A DNA stretch of 63,737 bases, counting the filler, from Reclinomonas americana ATCC 50394 (lineage: Eukaryota): NCBI GenBank assembly GCA_048213135.1. It is 17 parts of 17 records of this genome, joined end to end, with 100 filler letters (N's around TTAATTAATTAA, not from the genome) between each part and the next. Parts side by side here need not be neighbours in the genome. Positions count along the whole stretch, not along the records: positions 22,830 to 26,305 come from AFZH01022078.1; positions 26,406 to 27,617 come from AFZH01022079.1; positions 27,718 to 29,607 come from AFZH01022080.1; positions 29,708 to 43,285 come from AFZH01022081.1; 13 more parts are not named here. One strand, given 5' to 3'. Of the stretch, positions 24,000-34,600 are shown one piece after another; positions within the stretch are counted from its first letter, which is position 1, and each line of letters opens with the position of its first letter. The notes under the pieces are model-generated. The model did not search any database. It saw only the letters and a program-made list of their open reading frames with translations, and was not told where the DNA came from. Position numbers and translations under genes: made by a program.

Positions 24000-24030
24000 C
24001 GCATCCTCCTGGCAGCGCTACCTGCGCCAT

Positions 24031-24098
24031 CAAAACCGCTTGCGTTTTGCAAGCAGTTGGCTTGTAGCGAAACCGATTGTAGAATGCAAGCGGTTTTG
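24031..24098. promoter_or_regulatory. Candidate HxlR operator pair in a divergent promoter
   Basis: Perfect 13-bp inverted repeat CAAAACCGCTTGC (24031-24043) / GCAAGCGGTTTTG (24086-24098), plus an internal palindrome GCTTGC-N5-GCAAGC (24038-24054). Confidence 0.7.
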
Positions 24099-24107
24099 GA
24101 GGCGCGC

Positions 24108-24620
24108 ATGAAAGAGACCGGTCGTTCGGGTTGTCCGATCAACCTGACCCTGGAAATCCTCGGGGATCGCTGGAGCCTGATCGTCCTGCGCGACATCATG
24201 TTCGGCAATCGCCGGCATTTCCGCGAACTTCTGGCGAAATCGGATGAGGGCATCGCCTCGAACATCCTTGCCGATCGGCTGAAACGCCTGCTCGAGAACG
24301 GTCTTCTCTCGCGCCGCGACGACGCCAGCCACAAGCAGAAGGGCATCTACAGCCTGACCGAGATGGGGATTTCGCTGGTGCCGGTCTTCGCCGCCATGGC
24401 CGATTGGGGCCGGCGCTTCCTGCCGGTGACGCCGGAGATGTCGATCCGCGCCGAGATCCTGGCCGAGGGTGGTCCCACCCTTTGGCAGAAGTTCATGGAC
24501 GAGCTGCGCTTCCTCCATCTCGACGCGGCCCGGCCAGCCCAGTCGGTACTCGACGAACTCACCGCTGCCTATCACGACGCGGTGGAGCGCAAGCGCGTGG
24601 CCGAGGCGGAGACAGCCTGA
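24108..24620 (+). CDS. HxlR/MarR-like winged-helix regulator
   Basis: RSGCPINLTLEILGDRWSLIVLRD, EGIASNILADRLKRL and YSLTEMG. Confidence 0.92.
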   Translation: MKETGRSGCPINLTLEILGDRWSLIVLRDIMFGNRRHFRELLAKSDEGIASNILADRLKRLLENGLLSRRDDASHKQKGIYSLTEMGISLVPVFAAMADWGRRFLPVTPEMSIRAEILAEGGPTLWQKFMDELRFLHLDAARPAQSVLDELTAAYHDAVERKRVAEAETA

Positions 24621-24633
24621 TGCCTCCGGCTGC

Positions 24634-26295
24634 CTAGCTGTCAGGCCATCTCAGGAGATCGCCGACCCGGGTGGCGGAGTAGAGCCTCACGCCCCCGACC
24701 TCGGTGATCTTCCGCACCGCCAGATCGGGTATGAGGGCATCGTCGAGCGCGATATGCGAGACCACGAAGACGGTGACCTCACGTGGTAGCCATGCCAGCT
24801 CCGCCACTACCTCGGCCAATGTCTGGGATGTCGCGGGGTCGGGCAGTTGCTGGAGCTCGGGCGCCCGTTTCGCCCAGAAATTCAGGAAGACCTGCGTCGG
24901 CAGGACGTTCCGGCCGGCGAGATGCCTCAGCAGCAGATGCGGGTGCTCGACGAAGACATGCGCTTCGGCGGCAGGAACGGGCTGAAACGCCGAGACCAGG
25001 CTTGCAAACCGCCGGGCACGCTCGACCGCGCCCGGACGCACCTCTTCGACCTGCGGAACGAGCAGCACGATCGCATTCGCAGGAATCTGCTTTGCGATTG
25101 CTTTATAGGTCGTATCGATCTGCTTGAGCGGAGACCAGAGATAGACCAGCAGCCCGGCCTTCACAGCCACGATCGCAAGCAGAAGCGCCGACACCGCTCT
25201 GTCCAGCCCGACAGGCTGCGGCGAGGGGCCGCGCAGGTAGATCACTGCGAGCGTCACGATAGCCGGGACCAGGCGGCGATCCGCAGCCCCGACGCTCATC
25301 AGGTCTTTCGGCATGACGATGAACAGCAGGCCGCCTGCGATGAGCCCGGCAAGCTCGTGGCGGCCGGCATTGAGACCGCGGCGCCAGACCAGCCAGCCGA
25401 GGGCGCCCAGGACGAGCGCAGACAGACCATACTCGAGCGACAGGTTGGTCGTCTTGCCGACCGAGAAGACGCCTGTGACCTTGGTGATCAGATGCCATTC
25501 CGTCGGACCTGACTGACCCGGCTCCATGACGAGCAGAAGCGCGCCCACCGTGAGGGCGGACAGCCAGTGCGACCTGAGCAGCTTGGCGCTCTCGGCGAAG
25601 CGCCGTGCCCGCCAGTCGTCGCAGGCCGCGACCGTGACCATGCCGCAGCAGAAGCACACATAGAGCATCACCGGGAAGATGCTGATCAGGCACATCGCGC
25701 CCAGGATCAGCGCTTGGCTGACGCCGAAGCCGTCCGATGGCGTCTTGTGCTGCTCGATCGCCCTGTGAAGCGCGACGAACATCACCCCGAGCCCAAGGAT
25801 GTAGTTGAACAGCCCCCAATAAAGCGGCTCGGAATAGACCGCGAGAAGGATGACGAGCAGGATCGGAAGGTCCGTGCCCTCCCCGCGCGCCTGCCGGCAC
25901 CAGACGGCGGCCGCGATATGGACGGACACCGCCGTGCAGATGAATAGGGTCAGCGCGACCGACGGCGGCACGACCTTGCTCAGAACGCTGGTGAACACGT
26001 CGATGGCGAGGTTCGGATAAAGCCTGTCGCCGGCCTGAAAGAACTGCGCGACCGCATCGTCGGCCCGCATCATCTCCCACAACGTCACCCGGAAGAGATG
26101 GTTCGGCCCGTCGACGAAGAAGGCGCTGCCCGAGGCCAGGATCGGCAGGGCGGCCGCCAGCATGACGAGCGCCACGTGTCGCGGAGGCGCGCCCTTTGCA
26201 GCCGGGCAGACGGCGCCGCGACCATCCTGGTCCTGGCGGCTTGACGCTCTCGCTGCGAGGACCTGGTCTTCCATGGCGAGAGTGTAGGATGGCAC
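24634..26295 (-). CDS. Multi-pass membrane protein, possibly a GT-C-like glycosyltransferase
   Basis: About 10 hydrophobic segments followed by a soluble C-terminal domain; motifs DGPNHLFR, YPNLAID, YWGLFNY and ADRR. Start and function are uncertain. Confidence 0.6.
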   Translation of the reverse strand: MPSYTLAMEDQVLAARASSRQDQDGRGAVCPAAKGAPPRHVALVMLAAALPILASGSAFFVDGPNHLFRVTLWEMMRADDAVAQFFQAGDRLYPNLAIDVFTSVLSKVVPPSVALTLFICTAVSVHIAAAVWCRQARGEGTDLPILLVILLAVYSEPLYWGLFNYILGLGVMFVALHRAIEQHKTPSDGFGVSQALILGAMCLISIFPVMLYVCFCCGMVTVAACDDWRARRFAESAKLLRSHWLSALTVGALLLVMEPGQSGPTEWHLITKVTGVFSVGKTTNLSLEYGLSALVLGALGWLVWRRGLNAGRHELAGLIAGGLLFIVMPKDLMSVGAADRRLVPAIVTLAVIYLRGPSPQPVGLDRAVSALLLAIVAVKAGLLVYLWSPLKQIDTTYKAIAKQIPANAIVLLVPQVEEVRPGAVERARRFASLVSAFQPVPAAEAHVFVEHPHLLLRHLAGRNVLPTQVFLNFWAKRAPELQQLPDPATSQTLAEVVAELAWLPREVTVFVVSHIALDDALIPDLAVRKITEVGGVRLYSATRVGDLLRWPDS

Positions 26296-26405
26296 CTTCT
26301 GCGGGNNNNNNNNNNNNNNNNNNNNNNNNNNNNNNNNNNNNNNNNNNNNTTAATTAATTAANNNNNNNNNNNNNNNNNNNNNNNNNNNNNNNNNNNNNNN
26401 NNNNN

Positions 26406-26509
26406 TGGGAGGTCGCGGCGGAGGCAGGAGCCTGAGCGAATGCCGTCGCAGGCGCGCCGGCGAGGGCGACGAGCGGCAGCAGGATCAAGGGTCTGGTCGA
26501 GAAGGGCAT
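26406..26509 (-). CDS. N-terminal signal peptide of an exported protein (truncated), plausibly an efflux periplasmic adaptor
   Basis: MPFSTRPLILLPLVALAGAPATAFAQ begins just downstream of tetR. The function is inferred only from context. Confidence 0.45.
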
Positions 26510-26520
26510 GGTCGGTCTTC

Positions 26521-27162
26521 TTATGGGTTTTGACCGCCGGCGGGCGGCAGCAGCATGATCTGCGCCAGCTGGCGCATCGTCGTGAACAGCGTGACGGCAG
26601 CAGCCGCCACGTCGAAATTCGGGTCCATGGCGCGCCGACACATGAAGCCGTCCGCCATCATCGACATCGCCTGCAGGAAGCGGACATCGTCGAGATTGGG
26701 AGGCAGCTCGCCGCTGGCCATGGCCGTCCTGATCGCTTCGGCAAGGCCTCCCGTGACCGTGCTGTCGATGTCCGCGCACATGCGGGCCATCTCGGGATTG
26801 CGCGCCGCCTCGGCCCAGATCTGCAAGGCGATGATCGCCTTCTCGCGCGGCTCGTCGACGAGATGGCGACGGCCGAGCGCCTCGAGCTGGTCGAGCAGCG
26901 AACCGCCGCCGGGCTCGAGCGCCGCGAAATCCCCGGCAATCATCATCCGGTCGCGCTCGGACATGCCGGCGATGATCGCGTCCTTCGAGGAGAAGTAGCG
27001 GTAGAGATTGCCGGGGCTCATCCCGGCCTCCACCGCGACATCGTTCATCGTCGCAGCATGAAAGCCGGCACGCGCGAAGACGCGCTCGGCCGCATCAAGG
27101 ATGCGGACATGGCGTTCCGAGAGACCGCGTTCGGCCGAGAAGGAGGAGACGATTTGCGACAT
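26521..27162 (-). CDS. TetR/AcrR-family regulator
   Basis: ILDAAERVFARAGFHAATMNDVAVEAGMSPGNLYRYFSSKDAII HTH. Confidence 0.94.
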   Translation of the reverse strand: MSQIVSSFSAERGLSERHVRILDAAERVFARAGFHAATMNDVAVEAGMSPGNLYRYFSSKDAIIAGMSERDRMMIAGDFAALEPGGGSLLDQLEALGRRHLVDEPREKAIIALQIWAEAARNPEMARMCADIDSTVTGGLAEAIRTAMASGELPPNLDDVRFLQAMSMMADGFMCRRAMDPNFDVAAAAVTLFTTMRQLAQIMLLPPAGGQNP

Positions 27163-27176
27163 GCGAGTTTGGAACA

Positions 27177-27200
27177 ATGAGAATGAATGTTCATTCTCAT
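27177..27200. promoter_or_regulatory. TetR-type operator palindrome
   Basis: Perfect 11-bp arms ATGAGAATGAA-TG-TTCATTCTCAT, about 15 bp upstream of the tetR start. Confidence 0.8.
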
Positions 27201-27413
27201 GCCTCAGCCTGACTTCAAAGTCAATCGCCGTCAGCACTGAAGGTTGCATTGCCAGAGCTGTATTGACGAAAGATTGCACGGAGCATGCATGGCGCTGGCC
27301 TCCGCCATGCCGGCGATGGCGCATAATTTGCTTGCCGCAAGGGCCGGCAAACCGCATTTTAGGCGTCGTCCGGCATGGAGAATCCGGTCTCGGGAGCGCA
27401 ATCGAACGCCGCG

Positions 27414-27617
27414 ATGAACGATCTGTCCTATCGCTTCCCGACGCGTCGCCGGCTCCGCACCCGCCTCGACGGCCTGCCGCCGCGCAAACCGGTGCTGATC
27501 GTGCTGCATCAGGAGCATTCGACTCCCGGCCGCGTCGGCCGCCTGATCGCCGAGCGCGGCCATGCCCTCGACATCCGCAAGCCGCGGTTCGGCGACCCAC
27601 TGCCGCAGACCATGCGG
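27414..27617 (+). CDS. Class I glutamine amidotransferase-like protein, N-terminus (truncated)
   Basis: VLIVLHQEHSTPGRVGRL...GDPLP. An alternative start exists at 27375. Confidence 0.75.
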
Positions 27618-27785
27618 NNNNNNNNNNNNNNNNNNNNNNNNNNNNNNNNNNNNNNNNNNNNTTAATTAATTAANNNNNNNNNNNNNNNNNNNNNNNNNNN
27701 NNNNNNNNNNNNNNNNNTGACGAGCACGGGTGAGTCCTCGCAGAGAAACGAGGAGGGAGAGATCTGTGACTGACATTGTATGCAG

Positions 27786-27994
27786 ACCGACCTGGCGGCG
27801 ACCTCACGTGGGCCATCAAGACGACAACCGGCCCTCAAGCATGCTCGCTTTGGTGCTCGCAGTTGACCGCCTGCGGCTCGTGGACATTCACGGCGTCGAC
27901 GAAGCAGTGTGTGCCGAAGAGCGGCGTGGTGGCCACGTCGACGATGACCGCGTGTGCGACGAGTGGGGACTGCACGTCGGGCGTTAAGATTTGA
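27786..27994 (+). CDS. Terminal exon encoding a PAN/apple domain (eukaryote)
   Basis: DRPGGDL...QACSLWCSQLTACGSWTF....QCVPKS...TSG has PAN_4-like cysteine spacing and follows a CAG acceptor. Confidence 0.75.
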
Positions 27995-28459
27995 AATGAA
28001 CAATGGGGTGCCTTTTTCCGTGTTGCACCCCACGGCCCTTCACACAATAATTGCGTGGTGATTGGATACACTCTTGTTGGGCGAGTGTACATGCCGGACC
28101 GAACACTGAGAAGAACGGTCTTGTGACTCATTCTCCACAATCACACCCATGGGCGACGCCATTGTCGACGCCTCCACACTCTCCTCTCACAGTTACAATG
28201 AAGAAGAAGAAGACGCAGATGAGGAAGAGGAAGAACAACAACAGCAACAGGCTTCTTCGCGTCCACATCGACTGTCTGTGGTCTCCACTGTGAGCACAGT
28301 GACGGCCACTGTGGCCTCGTCTGTGTTGCAAGAGCAGGTGCAACAGCAACAGCAGTCGCAGCAGTCGCAGCAGCAGCAACAAGAGGATGAGCAGCAAAGG
28401 CGGGAGAGGGGTGGTGGTGGTGGTGCGAGAAGTGGAAAGTCAATGGTGTCAGTGGTGAG

Positions 28460-28605
28460 TGTGTGAGGGAGGGAGAGAGAGGGCAAAGGAGAGTGAGTGA
28501 GTGATTGTGAGAGAGAAGAGGGAGAGAGGGAGAGGGCAAAGGAGTAAGTGAGGAGGGAGGGAGGGAGTGAAGGAGGGAGAAGGGAAAGAGTGAGGGAGTA
28601 AGTGA

Positions 28606-28640
<35 letters not shown>

Positions 28641-28870
28641 TGAGTGAGAGTGAGTGAGTGAGTGAGTGTGTGTGTGAGTGAGAGAGAGAGAGAGAGTGAG
28701 TGAGTGAGTGAGTGAGTGAGTGAGTGAGTGCAAAGAGTGAGTGAGTGAGTGAGTGAGAGAGTGAGAGAGTGAGTGAGTGAGTGAGTGAGTGAGCGAGTGA
28801 GTGAGTGAGTGAGTGAGTGAGAGAGTGTGTGAGTGTGTGAGTGAGTGAGTGAGTGAGTGAGGGAGTGTGC
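28460..28870. repeat. (GAGT)n/(GT)n/(GA)n compound microsatellite
   Basis: Direct inspection. Confidence 0.95.
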
Positions 28871-29837
28871 ACAAGTGAAAAACCAGACAGCATACAGTCG
28901 CACCTTCTCGCAGTCACTCTTCTCTCACACTCACTCACACGCACACTGTGTCTCACACAATCACACGCGTGTGAGAGATACGATGCGACTTAGGCGCGCG
29001 CTTTTTTAGTCGCTCATTGAGTCGTTGACTGTGTGCGCTTTCCTCTCTGTCTCTCTCCTCTGTTTCTCTGTGTTGCGCATGTTGTTGTGCTGCGTGTTAC
29101 ACTGTGTTGTTTGTGTCACAGTCACATTGTTTCGTCCACGTATGATTCGATATCTCATCAGTCATTGATATGCAGGAGGATGATCCATTGACGGTGTGCG
29201 ACTCGGTCACACTTGTTGCGTATTCTCTGTTTGAGAAGTGTATGTGCCCCTGCCCTCTCTTCCTCCTCCTCCTCCTCCTCCTCCTCCTGCTTGTCCTCTC
29301 TCCTTGTTCTCCTCTTGAACAGTGTCTCTCGGGCAGTCTCTGTGTTCTCTCGTCGGACCTTCCTCTCTCAGCCTTTGCCCTACTGACCATGGTCTCTCTA
29401 GAATGTTGCTCCTCCTTCGTCTCCTTGCCTGGCCCTCTTTTCCTTCCGCATCCTTTTCTCCAACCTCTCCGTCTCCTTCTGCTCCTCTTCATTCTCCTCG
29501 TCTACCTCCCCCTCTCTGTCGCCCCCTCTTCCTCCGCCTTGCTCCTCTTTTCCTTCCTCCACTCTCTTTACTTGGCCATCGCCTTCCCTTCTCTCTCTCT
29601 CTCTCTCNNNNNNNNNNNNNNNNNNNNNNNNNNNNNNNNNNNNNNNNNNNNTTAATTAATTAANNNNNNNNNNNNNNNNNNNNNNNNNNNNNNNNNNNNN
29701 NNNNNNNCTCTTTACTTCTCCCCCACCTGTCGGACCTTTGCCGTCTTCTCCTCGCCGTGCCTTCTCTGTTTTCCTTCCATCTGTCATCCCTGCTCCGTCG
29801 TCTCCCCATTTCCCACCCCTGCTCCTCTTGCCCACAG

Positions 29838-31560
29838 GACAAGACCATTCGCTGCCTGTGTAGCTGCGCAGTAGCCGCCGCCTGCTGTGGCGAATTCGTA
29901 AACATTCGCCACCAAATCTGCGAGTTTCGCCGCTCTTCCCTCCACTCCACCCTTTCCCTCTCCTTCTCGCTCACCTTGCGCCGCCCAGTGGTCTGTTTGC
30001 CGCCTTCGACAAGGCCCTACTCTTCTCACGGCAAAAGCTGGACGTGGAGACCGACTGGGAACTCGCGTCGGTGGTGCTGCTGCGTCTGGAGGTGTTCTTC
30101 TCCAACTCGGAGTTTGAGCATCCGCTGCTGGTGGAGTTTGGGTACATGCTGCGCGACATGATCAACAATAAGCTGCGCGAGCCGAGTGCCGTCGTAATGT
30201 CAAGTTGCGTACTACGTATTTCTTTCCCCTCCGCCTCCTCCCTTCTCTAACTCCCCCTCCCCCCAGTCTCGGTGGACGAATTCGAAGAATCCGCTCGGGA
30301 CCTATGGAACGAATTCAACGTGCAGCACCTGCCGCGCATGTACAAGAGCGACACGGCGAGGGTGCGATCATCCACCTGCCAGTATGTCGCTCCACCTGTC
30401 GCCTCACTTTTGCTCTCATTGCGCAGCAAAAAATCTCCCAACAAAAGGACGAGCTCGTCAACTCATTTCTTGCCAGTCTCCTCACCATTGACTATGCCGC
30501 CCTCGGCACACTTCACATAATGCGAGGTTGGGAGATTCTGACGCTTTCTTATGACGCAACCCTATCTCACTCATCCTCCGGCGCCAGCTTTCCACCTGAG
30601 TCCCAAGGAATTGCAGCCGATTATTACTGAGGAGACCGTTTACTCGCATCCACATGTGCGTCTTTCTGACATCTGATTGTTGCTATAATACGTCTGCTGA
30701 CTCGTCTCGCACAGCTGCTACTGGCCGAGGTGCAAAAGCGACGCGAGTACCGCGAAGCCTTCTTTAACTACACAGGCAGCGATTTCTCGGTGTGTGTGCT
30801 CGTGGTATTCTCCTTGGCTATTCTTCACGACCTCACACTCTGCATCTGCTGCAGCCACAATTCGCTGGACGGGAGAGCGCGTGGATTATGTGGAGCACAC
30901 GTGCTGAGCTGGCGCAAGAGGCCTATGTGAAATCTGTGCGGATCTTGTGTGCTGGAGTGCAATGGATCGTCAGTTGCTCATTCTCGTTTGCAACACAGCT
31001 TCCTTCATTCACCACGCTACACGTGCGAGTGCTCGCCGCACGCGGCTTGTTGAAGAAAGGAAAAGGAGGTGCGCATGTTGTTGTTGAAATGTGTGCATGG
31101 ACACACCTGCTCACGCTTGTGATGTCTCAGGTCGCAACCGTGCGTACGTGCTCGTGGAATTTAATGATCGCATCGAGCAGTCGGACGTGTGCGAGGGTGG
31201 CTCCGACATTGCCTTTAATTACAGCGTGTCCATTCAGTTGCGTAACATAATAATCCCACCGCTAGATTCCTTCTCTCTCCCTGCTTCTGTCTCCCACGTC
31301 ACAATCCTTCCGTTTACTTCAACTTGCCTTTTTTTCCTATCTCGTACATCCTCGCTCTCACCAGAATATATCGCTTCCTTGACACTCGCACTCTGCTTGT
31401 TTTCATCCTATTTGCTCTCAGTTTGTCTGTTACTCAGCTTGCAAATCACCTTGCTCTCACTCCCCCCTTCTCTCCTTCCGTGCGTGTCTATTGTCTTAAT
31501 TGCCCGTCATTTCTCCCTTTGTCCCCTTCCTCTCTCTCTCTCTGGTACTCTCCTACGCTG

Positions 31561-31601
<41 letters not shown>

Positions 31602-34600
31602 CAGTCCCTCTACCGTCCACTTTATCTTACATTGTTCTCCTCTTTCCCCTTCCCTCCTTCCCTCCCTCCCCCCTTCCCCTCTCTTCCCCCCTCTCCAGGG
31701 ACCCCAAAATCAGCCGCACATCCGTGGCCACCATCTCCCTCTTCACCGAAACCGGCTCGGAGGACGTGACCACACACCGCTTCCTCGGTCGCATCCAACT
31801 CAACATGGTCGACCTCTCCCGCCAGGTCATGCGCGGGTGGGTCGATCTGGAAAAGCGCAGCGAGGCGTCACACGTGACGGGCCAGCTTCGCGTTCTGTGT
31901 GTGCTCGAGCCACCACTACTCGACGCCCGGCCAAAGCACATGTACGAGGCTGCGGAGTGTGCCGAGATGCTGAGGTGTGGCTCGTGTGTCAACGGTCCAT
32001 GTATTTGATTCATGCACTGACGCTCGCGCTATAGCATCGCCGCTCGTGTCTTGCGCGACCGTCTCGATTCTGTGTGGCTGGCAGAGATTCTCGGTGCTCG
32101 TCTCGGTCTCACGCCGCTGCAAACGAACGTCGTGTTGCGTACCGATGCTCTTTTTGCTCTGTATAGCCTTTGTACACTTTGTTATCTCACGATGCTGTGC
32201 AGGCTGCTGGAGGCCGTGCTGCCGCGACTCGGGTCTAACGACCTGCAAGTCGTGCAATTCTTCCAAGCACGCCTCACGGCCCTTGCTCGCATCTTGGCCG
32301 CCCAGCGTGCCGACCTGTTCGTGATGGCCGCCGATTTGGACACGGTGCGTCGCGTCGCCCTCACCACGTACCGTCGCATGGAGGACGCGGTACGCAAGTA
32401 TTTGGAACACATACCGGCTCGGCGGGCCGGTCTGGTCGAGTGCATCAAGTTGTTTTGCATGTTTTACGAGTCGCCGGCGGTGCAGGTGCGTGTATGTGGA
32501 AAGCAGTCGTTCTTCTTGTTTCTCTCTCCCTCTGCCACTGTTTGCTCGGCGATTATGTGTCTGTTATCACTCCCACATCTTCCCCTTTACCTTTCTTCCC
32601 TTCTCCATTGCTGTTGACCTGTTTCCGTGCCACTTCTCTGCCTCCCACTCACTGCTTTGCACTGTCTTCTTCTATTCCCTTCCACTTTTCCCCTTTCGCC
32701 CGTTCTTCTCCACCCGTTCTCGTCCACTCTTTGGCCTCCTCAGTCTGTCTCTCGCTGTGCCGAATCTATTGCGTTCTAATTCACCAATTTGTCGACAGGC
32801 TCTGTGTTCCTGTCTGCGCTGCCTTGTCCTCTTCGATTGTCCTGTGTTCTCTATCTGCCCTTATTTCTAACTTTCTCAAGTTCTTAACCGACCTTTCTCT
32901 CTCTGTCTCTTCGTCGTTCTTTCTCCCCCAGCCTCTGGCTCCACCACATGTCCAGCGACGCTGCTGACTATTCTCACTCCGCCCGTTTCCTTTCCGCTCT
33001 CTCACCCTCCTTTGCATTCCACTCTCTCCCCTCCACCCCTCCTCGCTTTCTTTCTTTCTCTCTTTCCCCCGCACCCCCGTTGTCAACGGGAACACTGTTG
33101 TTTGTCAACCTTTTTTCCTACTTCTTGTGCTCTCTCCCATTCCTCCTGTCCCATTCCCCTCGCCCTTCATTGCCCTCTCCCTTCCCCTTCACCCACCCTT
33201 CCCCTTTTCCCACCCTTCCCCTTCCCCTCCCACCTTCCCCCCTTCTCGCAGGACTTCTACACCCGCCTTCTCTCCTCCGACGGCCAAGTCCTGGCCTCCT
33301 CCCAAAAGGAAGCCCTCACCTCCCTGGTACGCGTGGCCCTCGAAGGCAAAGTGGAGGCACGCCGGAGAATGCCTGCCGAGGCCGCCGAGATGCCCAAGTT
33401 TGTGCTCGACACGATCGACGACATGCCACTGTTGCTGGAGGATGTTCTCTCCTCGTCGTCCACGCTGTTTGCCGAGTTGCGCTCGTCCCCTCCCCATCCT
33501 CTCATGAAGTGTGACCCTGACGACGATGTCGCGCAGATACCTCAACCTGGAGGAGGTCGTCGTGCACATTGTGGTCCACCGGCTGCAGACGGCACTGCTG
33601 GTCATTGCGAATCACAGACCACTGGTCGGTGTCGATCGCCTCGACGCGCTGCTGTCGTCGGCATACTCGTTCCTTCAACACCACGACGTGAAGATCATCA
33701 TGTTGCGTGGGATGCGAGTCCCTTTCGTGGCTGTTGCGGGCACTGATCTGACAACACAGCAACGAGTCGGAGTTTCCAGCACACTGGTTCGAGCCGCACA
33801 TTTCCATGTGGATTGTGCATCAGCGAGACGAGTTGGTGGACTCGGCGCGCGATTTTGTGATTGAGGATGCGGTTTGTTTGCGTTCCGCTCTCCTCTTCTT
33901 CCATCGCCTCCGTCTCACTTGCGCGCGCCCGCACACAGTGGGAAATGTCCAGCAGCGAGTCCACACCCAGCTGGTCCGTTGTGCAGCTGTTCACGGTGGC
34001 GTACGAGAAGCTGGTTGGCCTGCACGCTTTCTACGACAACAATCCGCTGGCCATGCGCTCTCCCGAGTACCTGGGCCATTCGAGAGAGCTTGCCGAGGTT
34101 TGATTCTCTGGTTTATTTGCATCACTCTCCAAGTTATTGAACATCGATTTGCAGATTCTGATGGTGGCATTTGCGACGTTTGTGGAAACCATGCACGAAT
34201 CCTTTTCTGGCGTCTCGCGGCAGGCTTCATTCCGAAAGCGGACGGCCTCGTCGTCGGCCCTGCTGACCGCCCCTCCACGCAAGCGGAGAGACACTACCAG
34301 CGGGCGAAGCAAACTGCGTGTGCCGGATCCACCAGAGGGGCTGCCGGCGCTTCGTGAGCAGGTGCCCACTCTTGGTCCTTTTCTCTCCCCCCTGTACGTG
34401 TCATAACATCTCTCGTTCGTCTTATCGCAGATGCTGGTGCAGTTGGCCAACTTCGAGCACGTTATTCATTTGACTCAAAAACTGTGTGGCGAGTACGCTG
34501 TCTTCAAGAAGGATGCGGTGGTGTCGCCGCTCGTTTCGCGATTCCTCGACAATGTGTCGACGCGCGCCGAGAGCGCTTTTAATACGATTGCGCAGATGGT

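Noticed and set aside
11409..27617. Bacteria-to-eukaryote horizontal transfer island
   Set aside because: No contig contains both bacterial and eukaryotic sequence; all junctions are linkers.
28141..28956. ORFs rich in THSL/HT or poly-Q/E
   Set aside because: Mostly translations of microsatellites. The 28149-28466 poly-E/Q frame might be an exon but cannot be supported.
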